DNA of 21,156 nt from Selaginella moellendorffii (lineage: Eukaryota; Plantae; Lycopodiophyta), in the NCBI RefSeq assembly GCF_000143415.4, contig NW_003314281.1:1134758-1155913 (forward strand), given 5' to 3'. Under the pieces are notes generated by a model. The model searched no databases. It was not told the origin of the DNA and saw only the letters and a list, made by a program, of their open reading frames with translations. This document shows positions 11,631 through 21,156 of the stretch, piece after piece (within the stretch, counting starts at the first letter, position 1; each line of letters opens with the position of its first letter). A program made the translations under genes and the position numbers.

Positions 11631-12558
11631 GGAGGACTGCAGTGGAGCCAGTTTGGCCAGGAAAGGCCAGTTTGGCCCAGGAAGGCCGGACCCAGTGTTG
11701 GGTGATGAGCTGCCCACTGGGAAGTCCAAGACTAGAGTGAACACGGACCGACAAGCGGGGTAGCTTGGTGAAGTGTTCAAGAGCCGGCTCTAGTTCCCCC
11801 GGGAGATCGACTGGCCGATGCTCCCAGTCCAAGTGTGGGTGGCACTACCTACTTGGATACCAGGCGTGGCTCAACGGAACCTCGCTCTAAGCCCATGGCT
11901 AGAGCACCTAAAGGCGATAGGTGGGGAGAGTACCCAGGTGGCTCGCGTAAGGCCACGGTGTTCCGAAATGTTGTCCCAAAGGCCCAGACTGTGGAAAGGA
12001 AGAGGAGCAGTCCTCTGGGGTAGCGACCAAGGACACAGTCATGTGGTGAGGAAGTCCTAGAGGACCGTGGGACTTAGTGGTCGGGCCTGTGGGCCTCGAT
12101 CCAGTGGCAGTGTTGGCAAACACGGCCAGGGGCAGAAAGGGACTTGGTAGGAACTGTCAAAGGGACTTTGGGGAAGGCGATTCCCCAGGTCTGTGGGCAT
12201 CCTAACGATGCTAAGGAGTGGATCTAGGATGACCACTCGTGGACACATGGCCCAGTCTTGGAGAGACGAGGTGGTGATGCAAGTGGTGTTGGACCACTAG
12301 TGTAGCAAAGGTGAATGGGCCTGGCCTTAGCGTAACGGGCCGAGATGTCAGTGGTACCTTTGGGTGTCGGTCTTGGGACCGGACACATGGAGCACTTGGA
12401 CCAGGTGCAAGTGTTGAGTGGCAGGGATGCCATTCTTGGGGCTAGCAAGTCCCAAGTCCTGAATTGGACTGATGGAGGTTGTGAATAAGACTCCTCCAAG
12501 TGGTCGAAGGTGTGGTTAAGTGACTAAAGTAGAATGGAAAATTTAGTCGCTTACAACT

Positions 12559-12570
12559 TGGTATCGGAGC
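12559..12570 (+). promoter_or_regulatory. PBS (tRNA-iMet) of element B
   Basis: TGGTATCGGAGC (canonical TGGTATCAGAGC; the A>G change still allows a G-U pair), 3 nt after the LTR end. Confidence 0.92.
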
Positions 12571-15500
12571 TGTTCCTTAGTCCGACTTTTATTGGTGCTC
12601 AAGTATATCACCACTAGTGTTGGCATCGGAAGGTCCGAGGAGTGGGCCTATCCTTGAGGAGTAGCAAGTCGGGAAGACATGGCTCTCCATTACAGTTCAT
12701 GTGTGAACTTGTACACGAGGTGGTGGATAGAAAAGGGCCAATAATGGAACGACTTTGGGATCTTGGGAACAGTGCAAGGTTTTCCTCATTGAGTTGAGGA
12801 TGTGATCCGGATGAGCATTTGTCTCAGCAAATTGGCTAAGGTTGTTGTGGTAAACAACTAAAGTTGGGATCACGGGAAAGACAGAGACTCCAAAACAATA
12901 AAGGAGTCACAAGATTATCCTCATATAGTTGAGGTTGGTGCTCATGAATGTGAGACCAAAGGTAATGACCGTGGAAGGTCAAATACGGAAGAGGACTCAA
13001 GTCCTTGAAATGGTAGTTGGGGCTACCTTTAATAAATGCTGGAACAACCCAAGGGGTTGGGGGGTGTACTTAGAGATGAGTGGTATTCTCATCGCATGGA
13101 CAAGTAGTCCTAAGGAGCAAAAGTTGCCCCCAGAGAACAAAATCAAGTGTCGGAGTAACACTTGTGAAAATAGTCCTTTTGAGTAGGACAGGAATGCAAG
13201 AAGTGTATTCTAGTGAGCTAGTGCCTCACAAGTAAGACCTTACGGGTCTGTGGATTAACCAAGTCCAAAACTGCTGGATGACTCAAGTAGAGTTAAGGGA
13301 TGGTCCTAAAAGGACTGATGGAAGCATTTGGACTGAGGTGTGTTGTATCCCACAAAGGATGGGGGGGGATCATAGGATCCAAGGATGAGAACAGAGGGTA
13401 TCTCATCGATGGCAAAATGTGCCATGCTAAAGTTATGGGAAAGGTGTTCCTAGAAGAAAACAACTTTGACATAAAGTTGTGTGTGACCTCTATGGGGCAG
13501 TGCTAACGGATGGTTGGCATGAGAAAGAGCGGTGTTGGTCTTGGCAAAGACTTAGACACGAAAGGGAAATGTCATAGAGGTAGGCTCGTGGAGCCGATGG
13601 TGTGGAGACACCAAATGTGCCAAGGTGTGATACCTTGAGGCTATGTTGGTGGGTTCATGAGAACCCCTTGCCAAAGGAATCCCAATGGAAATGGGAATGG
13701 CATAGCCTAAGCTGCAGAGCATGCAGTTGGAGTGTGGTGACCCAGATAATGATGGAGGTGTGAAAGCACCAAGCAATGAGTTGTAGGACTTGACAACTAT
13801 GAGGCAACTAAGCAAGAGGTGCAAAATAACTGGTTAAACGGGTAGAAGGTAGCTACCCAAGACTTCTTAATAGCATAAAGAAGTTGGATATACCCTTACG
13901 GGGGATAAGTTGCTTGTGTTGCGATATAGTAAGTCAATGTCATAAAAGGAAATACTCATTGTCAAGAAAGCCATCATTGGGACACCCGGACACTCTAGAA
14001 CACCAGAAGGTGGTGTTTGATGTCGCGAGGGCAATGGATAAAGCCCAAGGGACTAAGTCCCTAGCGAATGATGGATAGAAGGTGCTATCCAAATGTCCAA
14101 GGTTGCGGAGACAGGAGAGGACTGTCTACCCGAGTTGGACAAAGCCAAAAATGGAATTTTGGCAAGGCTAGTGATGGGCATGTAAAGGCCCATAAGCAAC
14201 AATGTAATCCCAGTGTGTGGGATTATAAGGTGAGCATACCCGGATTGAGGAACCACTCCCTAGGCTATTGGGTAGGTTCATCCCTAAGAATACTTGCTAA
14301 AGCGTGATAGAAAGTGCAAAGCTATCCTCCTGGTCTGGAGGAGAATGACCAAAGGAAAGGTGTGAAGCCAAAAAGCAAGAAGTAAGGGGATAGAACCAAA
14401 CCATAGGAATCAAAGGGCATAACCAAGGTTGGTTATGCCAGTTGGGAGTGGAGAATCAAGTGGGGGCTCGAGGGTGTTGCCGCTAGCAACCGTGATGCCA
14501 TGGAGAGTCTAAAATATAGAATTGTCCATGTTAGACTATGTGGCATTTTGAAGGCTTGCAAAAAGGGAGGCCTTAGCAAGCTGAGGGACAGAGTTCCTTC
14601 AAGGTTCCCAAAGACGATTCTAGGTAGCTTAGTACCTAGAAAGGCCAAGTGTAAATGGTTCATGGAACGTGCGAAATCAGAGTGGCGCAGCAGAAGCGTG
14701 GTCTTGAAGCTTGCCATGAGGCAAGGCTATCAAGGTTAGGGAAGTAGTTCCCGAGTGTTCAAAGAGAGGGCTTTGAACGAAAGTCGATGGTCAAGGACTT
14801 TCACGCTTATGCAGGAACCATGTTACAGTGGTCGAAGGACTTGCCAAGCGAGATTGGCATGTCGGGGGAACAAATACCCTAGTTGAAGGTGATAACTTCA
14901 AAAAGGGTGGGCCATGGGGCCGAGCATGGAGGAGTCCATGCATGATCACAGACATGTCAAGTGAGAGGACTTGGCAGTGTGGAGGAACTAGGTTCCTAAG
15001 CTGTGATCTGTAGCGCGCTTTAAAAATAGGTTGGTGCACCGGCGTGGGGAGTCACGCCAGGCATCTAGTGTGATGCCGTCCGTAGATGCATATACGGAGG
15101 TTGGGTTCGAGTCCCGACCCTCTAGTGCTTGGGTTCGAGTCCCAAATCACTAGGGCGTGGTGATGGTTTGGAATATGAGGACACTCATATTTCGGTGGTC
15201 ATGGACTCTCAGTGGGGAGACTGGTTTGGGCACACCGCCAAGCGAGGGATGCCTCGGAGTCGTGATGCACGGTTAGATTGCTTAGTGTGAAAGCTCGGCA
15301 TATCTAACTTGAACGCTTTGGTGCAAGTGGCACCAAGGTCATGGTGAGTGAGATGGGGACACCTAATCTCAGTTGCTATGAACCCTTGGCCGCAAGGGCT
15401 AGCTTGGGTGCACCGCCAAGTGTGGGGGATGCCCCCGGGGTTATAGTCAACAACTTGGAGGTCTAGAAGACCAAGTACCTCTTGGCAACTTTGTTAAGGT

Positions 15501-16606
15501 GCCAAGGTGAGATCACTAGGTGATCTTATGGCCAGATAAGGACGAGGTCCTTGGTTGGCTAAGGAATGAAGTTCCTGGTTCAAAATGTTGAAATTGAACT
15601 GTTTAAGATGGTGTGGCTTGGTCGCAATGACCAAGTGGGAAGAGCACCTAAGGGAAATAAACTATGTCCGTCCGATGGCATAGTGAGTCCGAGGAAAGTA
15701 GTCTCTATAAAAGACCCATGGGAGGGTCACGAAGTTGGGCCGTGGATAGGGCCCATAGCAGAATATGCTAAAGAGACATACTAGGGGTGAACATCCTCCG
15801 GACTTGGCAAAGAAGAGTCTTTGCTATGGAACCGAAAGGATACCTCAAAAATGGAGGTAGCGATCCGATGTTGCTGGGTGCAACAATCAAGGATAGGAGC
15901 TAAGGACTAGTGGCCAAAGTTTGGGCCATGGAATTTAATGGAAGGGATCCAAATGGCAAAGTTAGCCAAGGAACACTAATGTGTTCGATGCTAACAGCTT
16001 GTGGGAAAGGAAGCGGACTTTCAAGGACGGATTCCTAAGTGCTCCAATTTGGCGAAGTAAAGGCTCCAAGTGAGGGAGCGGTAAGGTAGCCAAATGATAG
16101 GGCCATGGACAGCCCTAGCACAAAGTATGATAAATGGAACTTAGTGCCCAAGGTGGCACGAAATAGAAGAGAGGATGATGGTGCCGTCAAGTAATGAACT
16201 TCCTAGGATAGGGAAGTGGAGTTGCACAATCTGTGCAATGCAAGGTGTTGGAGACACCTAGGAAATTGACTCCCAAAAAGTCAAAAGAGTAAAAGTTCCA
16301 AGGTGCAAACATTCAATAGATGGAAATTGAGACTACTCGAGAAGGAGTAGTGGGATTGACTTAGAGAAGGGTCTCTAAGAGGTTTAGCAAGAACTAAACC
16401 AATAAAAGGATGAACCATTACATGTGGTCCAATCAGTCTCTAAGTTGGAGAGACTACGCTCCTTAAAGGATGGACAAGGCATGGTGAGCCTTTGATGTCA
16501 AACCATAGACAAAGATTGGCTAGGTGCCAAAGATGGAAATGGTAACACATGTGGGTGTTACTTTATGAAAGGGTTTACCGTTCGATGAGGACATCGAACT
16601 TTGTCT
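12571..16606 (+). ncRNA. Non-coding internal domain of B composed of serial short stem-loops (putative structured RNA)
   Basis: Dozens of adjacent 5-8 bp inverted repeats with short loops, e.g. 13144-13164, 13460-13480, 15041-15058, 15060-15077, 16332-16351, 16360-16379, 16381-16400. No long ORF. Expression is not shown. Confidence 0.6.
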
Positions 16607-16619
16607 ATGGGTGGTGGAG
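16607..16619 (+). promoter_or_regulatory. Polypurine tract of element B
   Basis: ATGGGTGGTGGAG, 1 nt before the 3' LTR TG, preceded by the perfect hairpin GTTCGATG-AGGA-CATCGAAC (16580-16599). Confidence 0.8.
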
Positions 16620-16620
16620 T

Positions 16621-18476
16621 TGTGAGACACAAAATCCCTAGGCCCCAAAGTGGAGCCGGAAGGGCGCCACATGGTAGTGGCCGAAGCGAGAGCCAAACGA
16701 GCGTAACACGTTTGGACCAAAAGCTCCGACTTGAAAAGTCAAGAGCGGGAGTGGAACTCCCAACGAAGTGCTCGAGGAACGAGCACGAAGCGAGCAAAAG
16801 GCAAGGCTCCAAAAAGGGACCCAAAAGGACCAACACATGACACGTGGGAGTGTCCGAGATGGAGTCCGAGATGGACCCGAGATGGAGTCCGAGATGGACC
16901 CGAGATGGAGTCCGAGATGGAGTCCGAGATGGAGTCCGAGGTGGACCCGAGATGGACCCGAGTTGGAGTCCAAAGTGGAGTCCGAGATGGACCCGAGATG
17001 GAGTCCGAGATGGAGTCCGAGATGGAGTCCGAGGTGGACCCGAGATGGACCCGAAATGGAGTCCGAGATGGAGTCCGAGATGGACCCGAGATGGAGTCCG
17101 AGATGGAGTCCGAGATGGAGTCCGAGGTGGACCCGAGATGGACCCGAAATGGAGTCCGAGATGGACCCGAAATGGAGTCCGAGATGGACCCGAGATGGAG
17201 TCCGAGATGGAGTCCGAGATGGACCCAAGATGGACCCGAGATGGAGTCCGAGATGGAGTCCGAGATGGGGTCTGAGATGGAGTCCGAGATGGAGTCCGAA
17301 GTCGAGACCGAGACCGGAACCGAGACCGGGACCGAGACCGAGACCGAGACCGAGATCGGGACCGAGACCGAGACCGAGGCCGAGGCCAAGACCGAGCCCG
17401 AGCCCGAGTCCGAGTCCGAATCCGAGTCCGAGTCCGAGTCCGAGTCCGGGTCCGAGTCCGAGTCCGAGTCCGGAGCCTGAGAGGGTGAAAGCCCAAAGCG
17501 TTCGTCTCCCAGACCCTGGGGGGTTTGGTGAGCTCCAAAAGTATAGTAGGGGGAGGACTGCAGTGGAGCCAGTTTGGCCAGGAAAGGCCAGTTTGGCCCA
17601 GGAAGGCCGGACCCAGTGTTGGGTGATGAGCTGCCCACTGGGAAGTCCAAGACTAGAGTGAACACGGACCGACAAGCGGGGTAGCTTGGTGAAGTGTTCA
17701 AGAGCCGGCTCTAGTTCCCCCGGGAGATCGACTGGCCGATGCTCCCAGTCCAAGTGTGGGTGGCACTACCTACTTGGATACCAGGCGTGGCTCAACGGAA
17801 CCTCGCTCTAAGCCCATGGCTAGAGCACCTAAAGGCGATAGGTGGGGAGAGTACCCAGGTGGCTCGCGTAAGGCCACGGTGTTCCGAAATGTTGTCCCAA
17901 AGGCCCAGACTGTGGAAAGGAAGAGGAGCAGTCCTCTGGGGTAGCGACCAAGGACACAGTCATGTGGTGAGGAAGTCCTAGAGGACCGTGGGACTTAGTG
18001 GTCGGGCCTGTGGGCCTCGATCCAGTGGCAGTGTTGGCAAACACGGCCAGGGGCAGAAAGGGACTTGGTAGGAACTGTCAAAGGGACTTTGGGGAAGGCG
18101 ATTCCCCAGGTCTGTGGGCATCCTAACGATGCTAAGGAGTGGATCTAGGATGACCACTCGTGGACACATGGCCCAGTCTTGGAGAGACGAGGTGGTGATG
18201 CAAGTGGTGTTGGACCACTAGTGTAGCAAAGGTGAATGGGCCTGGCCTTAGCGTAACGGGCCGAGATGTCAGTGGTACCTTTGGGTGTCGGTCTTGGGAC
18301 CGGACACATGGAGCACTTGGACCAGGTGCAAGTGTTGAGTGGCAGGGATGCCATTCTTGGGGCTAGCAAGTCCCAAGTCCTGAATTGGACTGATGGAGGT
18401 TGTGAATAAGACTCCTCCAAGTGGTCGAAGGTGTGGTTAAGTGACTAAAGTAGAATGGAAAATTTAGTCGCTTACA
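16621..18476 (+). repeat. 3' LTR of element B
   Basis: Direct repeat of 10700-12555. The only difference I found is C11352 vs T17273. Confidence 0.96.
16854..17472. repeat. Compound minisatellite in the B 3' LTR
   Basis: Same unit order and length as 10933-11551. Confidence 0.95.
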
Positions 18477-19028
18477 CTCATCATTTGAAATAACAATGCC
18501 ACTTCCACTAACACAGATGCTAGTGATGTCAATGCCCCAACTACACATCTTCTCCATCCAACAACCTACTCCAAGTGCTAACAGATCAACCAACTAGCCA
18601 TAGCAAGTGAATGTTATAACCTTTTTCCAACACTTAATGGGCAAACTCAAGGAAACAAGGTACCAACTTAAGCTTAGCATAATGGAGCACCATTGAGGTT
18701 TGCTTTTCACCCATGGTACAAGGAACAACTCATGGAAGATAGACTAATATTAATCCTACCAACTCAAAGTGCAACCTTGAGTTGCTAATGTGCCTCACTC
18801 ACGAGCCCAAGTGAAAACTCGTATTAACAGAACCACTTATATCCAACTTATGAGCCCAAGCGAAAGCTCATATAATTTAGAATGAAAGGTAACCAAATCC
18901 ATACCCAAGGAACAATTGCGAAGTCTTTGCACCCAAACATGTACCCACTCAGATCATCGTTTTCATCTCTGCATATGCAACAAGACTAGTTGCCTAATCT
19001 CATTGAATAGTACTCACTGAGACTCATT

Positions 19029-19039
19029 CTCTGATACCA
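19029..19039 (-). promoter_or_regulatory. PBS (tRNA-iMet) of copy A2
   Basis: CTCTGATACCA followed by AA and then the LTR terminus TGTAGCA at 19042. Confidence 0.93.
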
Positions 19040-19041
19040 AA

Positions 19042-20220
19042 TGTAGCACACGTGGTTTTGACCCTTTATCCTATGGTGATTTACCATAGGATAATACCAC
19101 GAAGCAGAACCTAAACCCTCTTTGTGCCACGTGACAGATGCCACATGTCACATACCACATGTCCATGCCATGTGTCCATAGGAACCCGAGGTTTAGGGCC
19201 TTGGGCCACTGAACGAAGGAATGGTGCCAAACTCCCAAGCACGAAGCCAAGGAGTGATGGAACCGAACCATGGAGCAACTCCCGAGCATAAAACCCAAGG
19301 AGCAAAGGGACAGGAGCCCGGAGCGACTTGGAACAGTCCTAGAGTAACCAGCATCCCAATGCCAGGACCAGCACCCAAAACGGAGCCAAACGGAGTCTGG
19401 CGTTATTTCGGCATACCGGTGGCCTAACGTGAGGACATGGGTACTCCACCAGCTAGCATGGTGTGGAACATGGGCTTAGACCCAAGCCGGACGCAGAACA
19501 AGGACATGGCACGCAAGCGGGAGCTAGATANNNNNNNNNNNNNNNNNNNNNNNNNNNNNNNNNNNNNNNNNNNNNNNNNNNNNNNNNNNNNNNNNNNNNN
19601 NNNNNNNNNNNNNNNNNNNNNNNNNNNNNNNNNNNNNNNNNNNNNNNNNNNNNNNNNNNNNNNNNNNNNNNNNNNNNNNNNNNNNNNNNNNNNNNNNNNN
19701 NNNNNNNNNNNNNNNNNNNNNNNNNNNNNNNNNNNNNNNNNNNNNNNNNNNNNNNNNNNNNNNNNNNNNNNNNNNNNNNNNNNNNNNNNNNNNNNNNNNN
19801 NNNNNNNNNCCAAAGGGGCAATTCGGGCCCCTTTCCATAAATGGCTTTTGGGCCCGAAATGGGCCTACCCCAAAGGCCTTGTTAGCGGGGGTTTTTGGCA
19901 GCCTTAGTAAGCTTTAATGTGGCAATTTTGGGGGCCTATTCCCAATCCGGGGGGGTTCTTGTCAAGTTGGTCCAAGCCGGGCCAAAAGGGACCTAAAAAC
20001 CCGGCCCAAGTTTGCTGGGCTAAATAGCCCCTTGGGATTTCCGCCCTTATGCTCTCCCGCCCAAGTACAGATGCAAAGCCCATTTTTTTAATCCTGGACC
20101 AAGGGGGGCTGACAAGGGGTTTAGCAATCCCGCCCCCCTCCCATCGTGGTATTAAGAAAAGAGTTTCCTTAAGGCCTGGTCGCCAGGTACCTTTGGATCC
20201 CGGAAGTCCCTTTCGCGCCA
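19042..20220 (-). mobile_element. Family-A LTR (5' LTR of A2); contains an N-gap and low-quality sequence
   Basis: 19042-19529 closely matches 5369-5856. 19810-20220 follows ~6130-6540 noisily and ends TTCGCGCCA vs TTCGCGACA. Confidence 0.82.
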
Positions 20221-21156
20221 AAGGGCCCATGGGAAAACTATTTTCCCACCTGCCTTGGGCGGGGATTGACCGGGGTCCCGGGAATCCCGCCTTTTTGCTT
20301 TGGGGCCGGTAGGGAAAGAATTTCTAAAGGGTTTGGCTGCCAGATACCTTTTGATCCCCGTAATCCCTTTCAGGAAATTTTCCCCCCCCCCCCCCCCCCC
20401 TTAGAGGAAGATTGACATCCTTGTTAATGCATACTCAAGTCTAGACTACCGCCAAGGAAACAACTCTAGAAAAAGTTCACAATGATCACACTATATGAAA
20501 AATGCATTAACTTAAATGAGTTTAGATAACCTCTTTGTCTAATGCGGATGCACTACCAATTTAGACAACTTCTGGCCATCACCGACAAGGAAATGACCAA
20601 TAGAGTTAACTACCCTTACTTCTTTAGGTGTCATCCAGTTTACAAAAGTGTGATACACCCTTATTTGCAAGGATATAGAGAGAGAAGTCAAAGGCCCTAA
20701 CCCTCATGAGTAAAAAAACCAAACCTGTCAATAAGGTTTAGATAGATTACTATAAATAGACAATGAGAGTTGTTTACATGGTCACGCCTTTTTCACGAAA
20801 TAAGGAACATCGACAAAGAGGTAGGTGATGTAACCAGTTGATAGTAATTACCCTATAATTAGAGATTTCACCATGCACACAAAGTGCCGAAACTAGTCTG
20901 GCCCAAACTCAAAGATCAATAAATGGACAATATCAAAGTTAGAGATAATGATATTTGAGAGACTTAATTATGAATGAATAAATCTTAGATTAAAACACAA
21001 AAGTATTCTAAGTAAGTTATCATTTGATAAACCAATATTATAGTATAGGAACCATCAAAATTATTATAATTGGAAACATAGGATTTATCATCTAACAAAA
21101 TTTAATAGCTAGTGTATCATCAAGAACACTCAATAATAAATTTAGCTATCAAAGAT
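20221..21156 (-). mobile_element. Older copy A0: last ~155 bp of LTR, PPT (C-run 20382-20400) and decayed internal domain running off the window
   Basis: 20221-20377 loosely repeats ~6383-6540. 20401-21156 is colinear with 6552-6748 + 7380-~7950 but much more AT-decayed than A1 or A2. Confidence 0.78.

Larger units (their letters stand above)
10700..12555 (+). repeat. 5' LTR of element B
   Basis: TGTGAGAC...GCTTACA; direct repeat of 16621-18476 at offset 5921. Confidence 0.96.
10700..18476 (+). mobile_element. Element B: intact, very young, non-autonomous LTR retrotransposon (LARD-like, probably Ty3/gypsy chromovirus-related), 7777 bp
   Basis: Two 1856-bp TG...CA LTRs, PBS and PPT. TSD CTCAT at 10695-10699 and 18477-18481. 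The empty site is visible in A1 at 3945-3949 (ATTCCTCATCACTTGAAA). No internal ORF above 100 aa. Confidence 0.95.
6541..19041 (-). mobile_element. Family-A internal domain, copy A2, interrupted by the Cassandra TRIM and element B
   Basis: Bounded by the PPT (6541) and the PBS (19029-19039). Colinear with A1 once the two insertions are removed. It lacks the 858 bp corresponding to A1 4167-5024. Confidence 0.88.

Noticed and set aside
11694-11727. 5S-like motif CTGGGAAGTCC in the B LTR
   Set aside because: Only ~11 nt match. No A box or C box aligns, so it is compatible with chance.
10484-11832. Multiple 200-377 aa ORFs on both strands (repeated at 16558-17753), including RS/RT-, SD- and GL-repeat proteins
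   Set aside because: They overlap in all frames because the minisatellite lacks stop codons. They are low-complexity, lie inside LTRs, and some cross the insertion boundary.
11690-12500. Hammerhead ribozyme (retrozyme) in the B LTR, prompted by GTGATGAG (~11702) and CTGATGGA (~12469)
   Set aside because: There is no exact CUGANGA core with a matching GAAA and stems that I could assemble. An Infernal/RNAMotif search would be decisive.
15041-15164. Bona fide tRNA gene or tRNA-derived SINE
   Set aside because: T-arm-like loops are present, but I found no acceptor stem, convincing A box, poly(A/T) tail or TSD.
15540-16580. Possible pol remnants (GMKFL-like near 15563; KG-LP-like near 16568)
   Set aside because: Too short and not in a sustained frame. 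They cannot be supported without a frameshift-aware profile search.
19810-20400. Apparent hypermutation of the A LTR
   Set aside because: The changes are mostly homopolymer-extending transversions next to a gap, typical of low-quality read ends rather than biology.

Overview
Plant-type repetitive DNA with no credible protein-coding gene. The window is a nest of non-coding LTR retroelements. (1) Family A lies on the minus strand (LTR ~1.17 kb, tRNA-iMet PBS, PPT). It forms a tandem internal-LTR-internal-LTR block (~549-20220) that appears to sit inside the LTR of an older, more decayed A copy (1-539 plus 20221-21156). (2) A Cassandra-type TRIM with 5S rRNA-derived sequence lies at 6749-7374 (TSD AATGA). 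(3) A very young element B lies on the plus strand at 10700-18476 (TSD CTCAT). Its two 1856-bp LTRs differ at one position that I could find, and each carries a structured minisatellite. The most unusual observation is that B's ORF-less 4-kb internal domain, and much of its LTR, reads as a nearly continuous chain of short stem-loops. These include two tRNA T-arm mimics and a duplicated module with a compensatory base-pair change. All long ORFs in the track come from the minisatellite or the N-gaps. All alignments were done by eye, so identities are approximate.
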